From Girardia tigrina (lineage: Eukaryota): a DNA stretch of 64,000 nucleotides. Where the stretch lies: NCBI GenBank assembly GCA_001938485.1, contig MQRK01211181.1, forward strand, positions 26,033 to 90,032, written 5' to 3'. The notes under the pieces were generated by a model. That model was given only the letters and a program-made list of their open reading frames with translations. It did not search any database and was not told the DNA's origin. The position numbers were made by a program, and so were the translations under genes. Position 1 is the stretch's first letter. Each line of letters begins with the position of its first letter. Positions 23,156 to 35,468 of this stretch are shown here, piece after piece.

Positions 23156-26100
23156 AACAAACGTTTTTGAATAGGTTTGAAATTTTGTAAATTTTTTCTT
23201 AACCGGAACCGGAATTACCTTTATTAAATGGTCGAATTGCAGGATATCCGGATTTTAACTGTGACTACTTAATTTTAATCAATTCATTTTTTATAAATCT
23301 ATCAGGAAAAGAATATTTAAAAATAATTAAACACACGAAAAGATTAATTTATGTAAAATTAATTTTTATTTTCTTCATTAATTGTTTCCTATTATTTAAC
23401 AAGAAAAATAAATTTAGTTTTGTAATAAGTTTTTTTAGGGAAAAAATAACTTCTTCAATTAAAAAATAATTTAAATGCAAATTTGTCACAACAACTGACA
23501 AAACGGGGGGCTCGGTCAGTCCGAGAAAAAGCAATTAGTGTTATTAAGTCTCCCATATCAATTTAAATGAAACATAACTTAGACAATTATGATTTTATCA
23601 TATTTCTATTTTTATAAAATATAAATAAATTATTTATATTTTTCCAAAAAAATTCGCGCGATTTTTCCAAATTATTAGAATTTTTGTCGAAATTTGATAA
23701 TAAATTATGACAAACAATTAATTTTATAATCTTTTGTTTGAATAATGTCAGATATAATTTGGTAAATTGTAACTTTAATATTAATATTTACAGTGATGAC
23801 TTCTGTTCCGGTTTCGGAATTAATTTAAACAATTAAAAAAAACTAAAATTTAGTTTTTTTTAATTATATTATTAAATAATTGATGGAAAAATAAAATTAA
23901 TAGTAAAAAATAATAATTATTATAGTTATTTATAAAATTGGTGTTTGTTTTACTGCATCAATGTCAGTTATTTTTGTTGAAATTGATTTGTTGTCGTGAG
24001 AGATATTTTCCGATTTTTGAATGAAATTGTGTAAACTGTGTTCGTAATGTGAAACAAATAAATTCTTTTTACTATTGACTTAATTTTTTTGACTTTGAGA
24101 AGTGAATTAACAGTTTCAAATGGGTTTTAATTATATTGAATAGTTTGTCATATAAAAATCACATCTGATGAGAATATTCCTTTTAATACGATTGATTTTG
24201 ATTTGTGTTCAGTGAGAAAGAAACTTTTCGATCAAAATTTAGCCTAAAATTTAAAACAAACTCGTAATCAAATTTAAAAATGTCAAATAGACAATGAAAA
24301 TTTAATAGTTTTAGCTGTGATAGTCAAGCAGACCTACTTGAATCATAGTGATATTCACAAATTTACGAATTCGATTAAAAATTTGGTTTTACAAACCAAT
24401 AAAAGCTTGAGTTTACTGTCTATTTGGAAACGATTGGACAGATATGGTGCCATAGGTAGTGCAATCACTCTGGAAACTTCGGCCCTGTCGGTTCATCCAG
24501 AGGTAGCAGGGAAAAGTTCTGGTTGAGGAGAGCGATAGTGCACCCTTTCATTTAAATGGGTGAAGAGAGATCACAATTATACCATTTTGAGAGCTCTGTT
24601 TCGATAAATCGATCAAGCCTGTGTCGGAAATCTTTTGAAAGACTAAATATGACACTTGCACCTTCTTCGCGCCTTATGTTTATAAATCTCCATCACAAAT
24701 TCTAGAAACATTATGTCGAGTCCCACGATATGGAAAACCACATCAACTTCATTGCATCAAATGAAACCATCAAATCAAATATTACTTCTTATTTTGATTG
24801 TAAAGAAATGTATTGTGAGGACCTGGCGCACTCTTAAAATTTTTGAATATTTAAAATAAGAAAATATCTAAAATCAAAAGTTTTTGAAAAGAATTATAAT
24901 TAAAATATCTCTAATTAATTTTAAAATGTGCATCTCAAAATAATTTAATGAAATTTTATTTGTTAAAATGTATGTTTTAAATTATTCGTTAAATAATTGA
25001 TTTTTTAAAAAAATAGTTAATTTAAAAAAAAAATATAAAAGCGAAAGAAAATTATATGTTTTACAATTAATTTTAAAAAGTTATTCTCATAAATAATTTA
25101 AGGAAATTTTATTTGTTAAAAAAAAATAAGTTTGAAATTATTTGTTAAATAATTGATTTTTAAAAATCATTGATTTTTTAAATATGAATAACTTTGAGAA
25201 TTATTTGTAGTTAAATTCTGTAGATTTTGAAATTTATTTTAAATTAAATTTTATAAAATATTGAATGGATTTCTGCAAAATTATTTCAACTAAAAAGAAA
25301 GTAAAAAAATAAATTCAACAATGTAAAAATAACGACTTTAATAAATAACTTATCAGTATTTTTATGTATATTTAATCTGGTCGAAAAGAAAAAAAAGAAA
25401 AAATCCTCAAAAAACTGTTTAAATAATTGGTAATTGTTATAAAAATAATGTTTTGCGTTTTAATGAATCCAATTCTTGACCAAGATCCCGACATGTATTA
25501 AATAAATAAATTTAATGAAAAAAAACGATAAAATGACCGAAAATAAACATAAGAATGAAACATTTCTTAATGACCAAATTCAAAACCATATTTCCTGAGA
25601 ATTAGCATTTAATAGTGTTATTTAGTGGTAAAACCAAAGGAAATTATCGTATGTCAATGCTGTGAGAAAATATTATTCTGTATTTTATTCACTTGAGAGA
25701 CAAATATTTGTTTATATTTCTGATATTGTATTTTATGAGACTTTTTTGTTACAATAACTGTGATGTATTTGTTGGTAGATTAGAGTCCATGATACTGTGA
25801 CAGACAACTATATCTTTTATTTCTAAAGCAAAATAAAGGATAGAAATAAAAAAATTTAAAATCCAATCAAATTTTTAAAATTAAGTTTAAGAAGCATAAA
25901 ACTATATATATTGAATTCTTTAGTTTCGGTGTCTCATGATAACGAAGCGACAAAACCAGACACCAGACACTCCGGCAAAGAATATTATTTATTGCCCCTT
26001 CATCAAATACTCTTCTCTAAAGACAACAATCTATAATTAAGAATGAATCCATCTGTTATTCCTGAATTACTTTTAAATAAAATGTTTTTTCTATTTTAAT

Positions 26101-26355
26101 GAGTTATTTTAATGTAAATATTTTTCTTTTATATATTCACTCATTTTTGAACAATTTATTAGAGGTTAAAACTTTCTGAAGTTATCTCAATATTCATTTA
26201 ATATAATTTGTGTTTAATGGATATCAATTTTTATTTTCAACCAGAAAAAGTATTTTTTACATCCATTAAATTTTCAAATTTACAAACTCTTATTTAAATT
26301 TCTTGTCCATTTTCGGAATTGTTAAATCTCCTTTATACACACATATATATATACA

Positions 26356-27293
26356 CCGCCCTACCAAAAGTCACCGACCACCGGTGTGTTCGCAGTAATG
26401 AGAGATTATGAGAATTTTTAAACGAATGATATATTTACAAAAAATAGAATGTATANNNNNNNNNNNNNNNNNNNNNNNNNNNNNNNNNNNNNNNNNNNNN
26501 NNNNNNNNNNNNNNNNNNNNNNNNNNNNNNNNNNNNNNNNNNNNNNNNNNNNNNNNNNNNNNNNNNNNNNNNNNNNNNNNNNNNNNNNNNNNNNNNNNNN
26601 NNNNNNNNNNNNNNNNNNNNNNNNNNNNNNNNNNNNNNNNNNNNNNNNNNNNNNNNNNNNNNNNNNNNNNNNNNNNNNNNNNNNNNNNNNNNNNNNNNNN
26701 NNNNNNNNNNNNNNNNNNNNNNNNNNNNNNNNNNNNNNNNNNNNNNNNNNNNNNNNNNNNNNNNNNNNNNNNNNNNNNNNNNNNNNNNNNNNNNNNNNNN
26801 NNNNNNNNNNNNNNNNNNNNNNNNNNNNNNNNNNNNNNNNNNNNNNNNNNNNNNNNNNNNNNNNNNNNNNNNNNNNNNNNNNNNNNNNNNNNNNNNNNNN
26901 NNNNNNNNNNNNNNNNNNNNNNNNNNNNNNNNNNNNNNNNNNNNNNNNNNNNNNNNNNNNNNNNNNNNNNNNNNNNNNNNNNNNNNNNNNNNNNNNNNNN
27001 NNNNNNNNNNNNNNNNNNNNNNNNNNNNNNNNNNNNNNNNNNNNNNNNNNNNNNNNNNNNNNNNNNNNNNNNNNNNNNNNNNNNNNNNNNNNNNNNNNNN
27101 NNNNNNNNNNNNNNNNNNNNNNNNNNNNNNNNNNNNNNNNNNNNNNNNNNNNNNNNNNNNNNNNNNNNNNNNNNNNNNNNNNNNNNNNNNNNNNNNNNNN
27201 NNNNNNNNNNNNNNAGAGATGCGGTTCTATCAAAAATTCTCATAATCTCTCATTACTGCGAACACACCGGTGGTCGGTGACTTTTGGTAGGGC

Positions 27294-27295
<2 letters not shown>
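26356..27295. mobile_element. TIR DNA element in a (TA)n tract spanning the assembly gap
   Basis: About 64-bp near-perfect TIRs CCGCCCTACCAAAAGTCACCGACCACCGGTGTG... Confidence 0.85.
26456..27214. other. Assembly gap (N run)
   Basis: Ns in the sequence. Confidence 1.
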
Positions 27296-27338
<43 letters not shown>

Positions 27339-27701
27339 ACTTTTTTACAAGTATTATGACTTAACAATCTTCCGTCAATCTTCTTTAACATATTTATTAG
27401 GGGAATATATTAATTTACAAACAAATTTTCTGATACATGTTCAAATAAAAAAAATTATATTTGGTTGATAAGTATATTAAAATTATTTCAACGAGAGATA
27501 TATCAATTAGTTTATTTGAAAAAGTTGATACCAATTGGCAAGTTTTAACTTAATTTGATGTTATAAGCGGTCAAAGAACCGTTGTTTTGTTAAAATATAT
27601 TATTTTTTACCATAAGGGCTTGACACTGTTTTTAGAATAGCGAGACAGAACATTTAGTAACTTTTATTTACTTATCCTGAGCAATAATCATTTATGCAGT
27701 A

Positions 27702-28780
27702 CGTGGTGTGTTCAATAAGTATCCGGTCTGGCAAATAAAACGAATTCCAAAAGATGTCATATTTATAACACAACAAGCTTAATGTATGTAAGTATCAATT
27801 TTCAATATATTGTCCATTTCGCTCCACGACACTTCCACGTACGAATAATAAACTCAAAAAAAACGTTCTTATGAAAATTTCTTGGGGGCAAGTGGTGCAG
27901 AAATCCTCCGCGGAAACCTTCAAATCATGTTTGGATCCAAACTGGATGCCACTCAAATTTTCTCTGTACGAAATTTTTACCTTGCTGTGGAGGGTTCAAA
28001 AGCATTAGTGCCGCACCTTCAATAGCAGTTCGAGAAATGTCCAATGTGTGCACTGGCACATTGCCATGGAGAAACCATAGTGTTGTGTTCATCTGCTTCC
28101 ATCTATTATTTCTCGCTGTTTCTACGAGTTGGCAGTAATTGACAGCGTTGCTGATTATGCATTCATCCTTGAAATCCATGAGAATAACACCTTTATGATC
28201 TAAGAAAATGTAAAATATCATAACCATGACTTCACAGATGGCGTCTGTCCAGACAGTTTACTCTCTGCTGACTCAGGCTTTGTTTCCGACAAATATATAT
28301 TGAATGAGGTTTCATCCTCTGTAATTAAATTTGCCAGGAAAGTCTCACCATGCTGGGCCCTCAGGTTCAAGTTGTTCTGAATACACTCCAAACGAATTCA
28401 TATCATTCCACCAGTGAAGAAGTAGGTACAAATGTGGAGCACAGTTTTCTGATATCCATGGATTTCAATTTTGCGTGGGCTGTAATAACACTGATGTTGA
28501 GAATCGTTCCCAGAATTTCCATGGTTATTCGAATCTCTTCTTGGTCTTCCATTTTCTCCTATTTTTCTTCAACTACATCAAAAGTTTCTGGTTGGATACC
28601 TGATTTTTCTTTTGAACGCCTTTAAACTCTCTGACCCAATATTTAACAGTTATCACAGATAAGGAGTCATGTCGATAAGTTGACTGCAAAAGATATTAGA
28701 TTTCATTGCACGTCTCCTTCTGCTACAGAAAGAAGTTGATAACGCTGCGATATTCGATTGAACTAATAAAAAGGAAATGT
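27702..28780 (-). mobile_element. Mariner transposase remnant
   Basis: ITEDETSF, DHKGVILMDF, FLHGNVPVH motifs; TA|CGTGGTGTGTTCAATAAG end. Confidence 0.85.
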
Positions 28781-28845
28781 TTGTAAAAATATTTATTTAT
28801 AATATAAAATGTCCATCTCGAACAATATAAAAACTCAGTAAAAAA

Positions 28846-29814
28846 CTATTTAGTCATATATAAAGCTTCTAAGTCTATTGGGAAATTTTCCTCCAATGTT
28901 GTCCTTGATCTGTAAAGAAGATCGAGAACTGGCCGACTAAAAATAAAATTGACAGCAATAAACAGAGTTTGCAAGGAGCAGCACAGTGTAAACACATGCC
29001 ACAATGCTGGACTGATAAGATGCGTTGCGGCACCCCCAATCGTCCAAATCAATAAATAAGTGAAAACTAATTTACAACACATTTTATATCTCGCCGACAA
29101 TTCTTGATTTTGAAAAAGAATAATTCTATCTTCCCGGGTTTTATTACAACTCATAACGTAAATAGCTATTAGAACGAAAATAGTTGTCAAAATTCCAATG
29201 AAAATCGGAATGTAAAAAAACAAATCCATGTAGATTGTGTTCGTAAAACTGCACTCGATTTCATGTTTAAAAGTTTCTATAATTTTCGGGTTGAGATCCA
29301 GCAAATTATCCATGTAAGACTTAAAGTAGCAGCATAGAGCCGGTAGAAGAAAGGAAACTAATGCTCCCCAGAAATATTGTACACAATCGAATAATTTGAA
29401 TGTCGATGCTGTATGACAACCCCTGTACATAACTAAGCATATCTGACAAGAGGTTGCTAGATTCCAGTAGATTGAGGAAACGAAACTGAATTGGGATACG
29501 GATTCCATTATCAGTCTTTTATGAATCCAGTTATAGTTAGAAATATACTGAATTGTTTTAATGTCCATGCTGCAAGTGGTCATGAAGAAAATATACGAAA
29601 ATGCCATCATATATAAATTGGTTAAAATAAACGATCCGTAAAGCGTCCGTATATTACGTATACATGTAACGAAAAGGCAATGCATCCCCATTGTTAAAAT
29701 AGCAACAACAAAACAAACTTTACTAACGGCTGAAGGTTGAAACAGCGCGGTTGAGTTATCTCGACATCGCATAAACTCAAATTCAGATTTAAAGTTAGAG
29801 CTATTACATTCCAT
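28846..29814 (-). CDS. 7-transmembrane GPCR, secretin/adhesion/Methuselah-like class
   Basis: Open 322-aa ORF, seven hydrophobic segments; IRTLYG (cf. LRNLHG), SSIYWNL (cf. ASFFWM), SLQTLFI (cf. SLQGLFI); AATAAA on the minus strand near 28792. Confidence 0.85.
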   Translation of the reverse strand: MECNSSNFKSEFEFMRCRDNSTALFQPSAVSKVCFVVAILTMGMHCLFVTCIRNIRTLYGSFILTNLYMMAFSYIFFMTTCSMDIKTIQYISNYNWIHKRLIMESVSQFSFVSSIYWNLATSCQICLVMYRGCHTASTFKLFDCVQYFWGALVSFLLPALCCYFKSYMDNLLDLNPKIIETFKHEIECSFTNTIYMDLFFYIPIFIGILTTIFVLIAIYVMSCNKTREDRIILFQNQELSARYKMCCKLVFTYLLIWTIGGAATHLISPALWHVFTLCCSLQTLFIAVNFIFSRPVLDLLYRSRTTLEENFPIDLEALYMTK

Positions 29815-29956
29815 TGCTTTTCTAATAAAATTTCTTCGGGATAATTAATTTATCATTCATACAGCTTTAGATTTACTAGTTTAGAAATTGTCCAATAGGA
29901 ATATCAATATTTCAAGAAATATAATTTATTTATATTATTATGAATGAATATTCATT

Positions 29957-29996
<40 letters not shown>

Positions 29997-30379
29997 CAAG
30001 GGGTACAATAGCTGTCCATGAACTTTTAAGTTATGGTGTTTTCTCTGCTTTGTAAAAGATAATTTCTTCTCTAATTTTGCTGAGGGAAGATTTATCATCA
30101 AATATTTGTCTTACGAAACAAGAAGTACAAATAAATAAAAGAATCAATAAAAAGAGATTTGCTGAGTTAATTAAAACGTATATAAAAATGAGCTTCAATG
30201 AATATTTGAAGAAAAAAATTATTGTTCATAGAAATAAATAAAAAAATTCAACTTATTAATTAAAACATAACGAAATTAATTATGTCTTTAATAATTTATC
30301 TTTTTCATAAAATGATGAAGAAATTAATTAACAAAATATTATTGCAGGGTTGCTAAGAAATATAAATCAAAAATTCAAT

Positions 30380-31420
30380 TAATATAAAAACAAAATAAAA
30401 TTTAATAATTTACCAAAGTCTCAAGAAAAAAGACAAACAGTGAATTTTGAAGTTTCAAAACTTCTAAGAACTTATGTCCTGAAAGGGTACACTGTAGCCA
30501 AGATCGCCTCTAAACTTGATCAATCAATTTGCTTCATTTAAGCAGGATTCATAGGATAAAAGATGTAAATGATGAAAAGGAAATAAAAAACATTCTTTGC
30601 CACTCGGAAGGAAACTAGTTGGGTGTACTGTGGGATGTAATTAATTATCAAATATAGTACAAAACGATCCTGCTTTAAATTAAAAACGGTATTGCTAAAT
30701 AAATGAAAGAGGAGAGGTTTAAAGTAAGTCGTGTGCTGTCTGTAACTATTTAAAGAAATTGGAAATTACAAGAAAAGGAGCAGTAAAATTTCTTGACAAA
30801 AGAAATAAGAGTGAGTTGATCCCAATGAGAACAGCTTTCGCTATACGATATAGTCTATAATATAATAAATATAATAGATGTAATTTAATTTATTTAGATG
30901 AAACAGTAGGGGATTTACATACTTCTTCAAAGTACACGTACAGTCCAAAAACGTCACCCACGTGAATTATTGTGCCAATTACGAGAAGGAAAGCCATTTC
31001 GGTAATTGTATTCATTTCGAATTCTAGGCTTTTTAAATTACTAAGTAGTCAGTGGTTTATTCAATTCAGAAAATTTAATTGATTTTATACAACATTGTAA
31101 TAACGATGGAAATTTGACAAACAAAAAGATTGTAATGAGATTTTACAAAAGTAATTAAACACTTAAACTTCTAAAAAAATTAATACTTCTTACGATTTTG
31201 TACCTTCCTACAGCCCATAATTCAACCCGATTGAGGAAGCCTTAAGTGCAAAGAAGTCGTTATCATGACAAGCGACCATCTCAAACAAGTAGTGAAGAAG
31301 CTGAAAATTATTTAGCTGTTAAGTTAAATTTAGATGAACGTTGAATCGAATTTTGAAGATTTTGTTGAGCATATGCTTGTTTATTTGGATCATACATTTT
31401 CAGGACATCAATTTTGATTA
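30380..31420 (+). mobile_element. IS630/Tc1-like transposase remnant
   Basis: IYLDET...YTYSPK and LPSYSP*FNPIEEAL. Confidence 0.8.
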
Positions 31421-32949
31421 AATTTTGGCCATTAAATGTTTTTAATAAGTTTTTTTTTATTGTGTAAGAATAATTTTAGTATATTTTCCATGTTATTTAT
31501 TTTATGAAATATTTTTGTAAAAATTAATCGACATGTGTACATAAATACTTTTTCAATAATTGAATATTTCACTCGCTCCATTTATTTGATTTTCTTTCTC
31601 TAAATTATTTGAATTTGTAATTTATATATCATCAAAATATTCAAAAATTTCATTAAAAAATATCATCAAAATGTTAAAAATAAAATACCTATTATTGGGT
31701 TCTTGATCAAAAGACGTTGTCATTAACACAAAACTTTATTTCTACCACAATTTGAGTTTTTTTAATCAAATATTTCCGAGGAACTTTTGTACATTCTTTT
31801 TACACAGACCATTATAAATAAGAATTGATATAAATATAAATATGGTTATTTTATTTTTTACGAATTAAAATTCTATACTTTTTTTAATAAAAAATTATAA
31901 ATTGAATTAAAATTTTGTCACAAAGATTTTTTTGCGTCTTTCATTAAATTTCAATTTTATTGTACCTTTAAATTTATCTGTTTCTCAATTAAATTTCCCA
32001 ATTCTATACAATAGCATTTTTCATTTCGTTTTCATAATAGTTTTAAAAATTACTTTGGATTTAGTAAAATAATATTTTGAAAATAGAATTTAAAATCGCA
32101 ATTTCGTTTAATTTAACAACTTTTAAATTACCTCTTTTTCTATATAAAAAATAAAATTATATTTCGATTAATAATTACGTTTTCAAAAATAAAATTAAAA
32201 CTGCATTTTCATTTAAGTCGATTTCATTGTTTTACAATTATAATTTGATTCCAATTACAATTTCCGAAAAAAATTATAATTACATTTTTAATTTACTTCG
32301 ATTTAATCGTGTAAAATAAAGTTACAAAAAATAGTTTAGTTTACTTTCATTTCGCAAATAAAAAATTAAACTTTATATTACTTTTGATTTTATTTCAATT
32401 AAATATTTTCATCAAATTTGAAATTAACTTTTTTACTTTATAATAAATCTTTTAATAAACCTACCGTAAAATTTATTTTATTTCTTACATAAATTAATTT
32501 TTACATTAAATTTCTGAAAATCTTATTTTAACATATCTATAAGAATATTTTACGGAATGTAATTGTTTAATTATTAATTTGATAAGATTGTAAATTCAAA
32601 AATTTTATGAACTCAACAGCGCTCCCAACACCTATTATCTTTGAAAACAATGCCCTCCATAAATATGATCATGGTCTTATTTTCTGGCACTTAAAAAATT
32701 GTTTTCCAAAAATTACGATTTTTATAAAAAAATGAATCAGATAAAATAGAACTAATGCAATTAATCTTTTGTTTTATAAGATTAAATTTATAGAAAAACT
32801 ATTTTAAATGATTAAATAATGAGTTATAAAAATTTATTTGTTAATTTCTTATTTTCATATCGAACTTCGTAAGCTTAATAATTTTATACTTATTCGCTTT
32901 CCAATTTTTTTTATGTTTGATGATTCATTATTTTTAGATTTTGATTTTT

Positions 32950-33350
32950 TATACTATGCGTAGTAAATCATAAGATCAAGACTTGAAATTTTGAGACAAA
33001 ATAATAGCAATATATCCAAATCAGCAAGAGATTGTGGCATTATGAATAAATTTGTGCGTGATTGGAACATAAACAGGAAAAAAGATAAGCGTTTATTAAA
33101 ACAAATCTTCAACATTTAAATTCGGATCTGACAGAACACTATTCTTTCCTGGACTTGAAAAAGATCATGCAAAGTGGTTATACACGGAGCGAAAAGAAAA
33201 CAAAAGACTTGTAACATACAGTCTATTGATGAAGCAAACAAATAACATTTTTAGGTAGTCTTATTATCGGAAAAAAAATTACATGTAAGAAAACGTGTCT
33301 TTGAATATAAGACCCAGTCTCAGTTTGTAAGAAAACTAGAAATTACTTCT
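32950..33350 (+). mobile_element. pogo-like N-terminal HTH/CENP-B remnant
   Basis: NISKSARDCGIMNKFVRDW; FPGLEKDHAKWLYTERK. Confidence 0.55.
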
Positions 33351-33961
33351 ACTTGATTTTATTTGAGATAATATTTCTAATAATAAGAAATTATTATTTT
33401 ATTATTTCTGATTAAATAAAATGATAATACTTTAGTTAGATCAATATAATAAATGATCAACATGTTTGAATCACTGTATACAAAAGGATTAGTTAAATGA
33501 TATATCACACAATATAGACGGCAGATAAGTGCGACAAAATAAATAGTTTATGATAACATCCAGATAACAACCAGAGCTGCATATTTAGTCAATGAAAAAA
33601 GTCGTTCCGTACTTTTCCTTCTTTTATATTGTTGTCGAACTGGTATGAGATCCGGAGATAAGTTCGCTGAGGATTCGGATATTATGGATTTGGAAGGATT
33701 TATAAATAGTGTAAGTATTTTATTTTTTCGCGTCTTTATTAGAATGAAAAAACAATTCTTGATTCTGTAAGGTACGTAACGAAGACATAATATTTCTATC
33801 AATAATGTTTCTCCTTTTACTAACGGATTTTTAATTTTTTAATTATTTTTAATCTTTCTAGCTCAAAGTAATATTGATTAGTAAATATATATTTATATTA
33901 TAGTAAATAATATATATATATATATAAAGAAAAAACGTCATACTAATAGTTTTTTACTTTT

Positions 33962-33996
33962 CAAAACATGTTTCGCCATTTCGGCATCATCAGTTG
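33962..33996 (-). ncRNA. Minimal type I hammerhead ribozyme
   Basis: CAA-CTGATGA-T-GCC-gaaat-GGC-GAAA-CATG-TT-TTG. Confidence 0.85.
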
Positions 33997-34433
33997 TAAA
34001 GTAATTTCAGATTACAAGCCATTTATATGGCACATTGACTATTACATAAATAAATCGAAAACCCCATCGGGTGTACAAGCTAATCTAGTATATCAATTTA
34101 AATGTCACAAGTGTGAATCCTTGTACATTGGAGAAACAAATCGTCATCTCAGCACGAGAAGAGCTGAACACACTCAATTGAGTAGGAATAGCTTCATTCT
34201 AGATCACCTTAAGAAATGCAGAAATAGAGGTAAAGTTAACTATGAAACTGAATTTACAATTTTGAAGAAAAATTTTGACACATATCATGAGAGGATAGTC
34301 ACTGATTATTAATAAAGCATTTAAAACAATGCTAAAATGTCCAATCATAGTAAAATCTTTTCATATTAAAAAAAGATAAATTGCGTAATAGTCAATGTGC
34401 CATATAAATGACTTGTAATTTGAAATTACTTCA

Positions 34434-34468
34434 CAACTGATGATGCCGTAATGGCGAAACATGTTTTG
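34434..34468 (+). ncRNA. Minimal type I hammerhead ribozyme
   Basis: CAA-CTGATGA-T-GCC-gtaat-GGC-GAAA-CATG-TT-TTG. Confidence 0.85.
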
Positions 34469-35432
34469 AAAAATAAAAAAACTATTAAAATAGCATTTTT
34501 TTTCTTTATTTTGTTTATAAATAAATTGCCATTAAATCTAAATGATATATATAAATATATATTATAGTCATCCTCATCACTTCCACCACCTAAAGCAAGG
34601 CTTTTCTTGGGATAGACTGGACATGAACGATGTGGACTTTAAAGCAAATAAATAGAAAAATAAATGTATTTATCATAAATAAGCAATATAGGGGGTCACA
34701 CCAAAAGCCTTTACATTTGGTACTCTTGGATGATATTAATCTAATCTTTTCTAATTATATCCTTTTCTTTATTTTTTGTTTCTTTTTTATCTTGTAGATA
34801 TGTATTCAATATTATCATAACTTAGAATTCATAGTAACGTTTTATTTAAAATAAAATCATCTAACATGTTGATGAGATGGTTAATGTTCAAGGCATGCTT
34901 TGTAAAAAACCTTCTTTTCAAGATATGTCCAATATTCGGAGAATAAGTGTTAGGTCTTTGCGTAAATAATAAATAACTAATTTCCTAATAATCATGAACA
35001 AAAAAAATCTTTAGCAAAAATATATCCATGAAATTAGTAAATAATCCGAGAAATTCGATTTTTTATTTTAGACATCATAAAAGAAAACGAAAAATTTGTT
35101 TCGTCTCTCAACATCAAAGATGAAAGAAAAAAAATAATATATACTGATAAAAATATATAAATATAAATATATTTCCATTGTATTAGATGTTAGAAAAATA
35201 TTTTTATTGATAAATTTTATTTAAATAAATACATAAATATTAAAAAAAAATTTTAGAAGTTTAATATTAAGTAAAACATTAAAAGTAAATTATAAAGCTA
35301 TAATTTTGTAAGTGCATTTTTGAAAAATAAATATAATAAAATAATAAATTTTAAGAATTAAATTATTGATAATTAATAAATAGAGATGAAAAATTGTTTT
35401 TAAAACTCAAATGACGGTCATCATAATATATT

Positions 35433-35468
35433 GCTATTAAATTTCCTGATCAACCGGCATTATCAGAC
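35433..35468 (-). ncRNA. Degenerate hammerhead homologous to 2075-2111
   Basis: gtCTGATaAtgccggttgatcagGAAAtttaatagc; downstream flank also similar. Confidence 0.45.

Larger units (their letters stand above)
33920..34510 (+). mobile_element. 5'-truncated Penelope-like element with inverted pLTRs
   Basis: GIY-YIG NLVYQFKCHKCESLYIGETNRHLSTRRAEH between inverted arms 33920-34045 and 34385-34510. Confidence 0.92.

Noticed and set aside
24165-24200. CTGATGA hammerhead seed (also at 14297 and 19876)
   Set aside because: No stem II plus GAAA at the right spacing.
26371-27468. Long ORFs of 271-339 aa
   Set aside because: Artefacts of the N gap.
33548-33802. 84-aa ORF or possible exon
   Set aside because: No recognisable homology or convincing splice sites.
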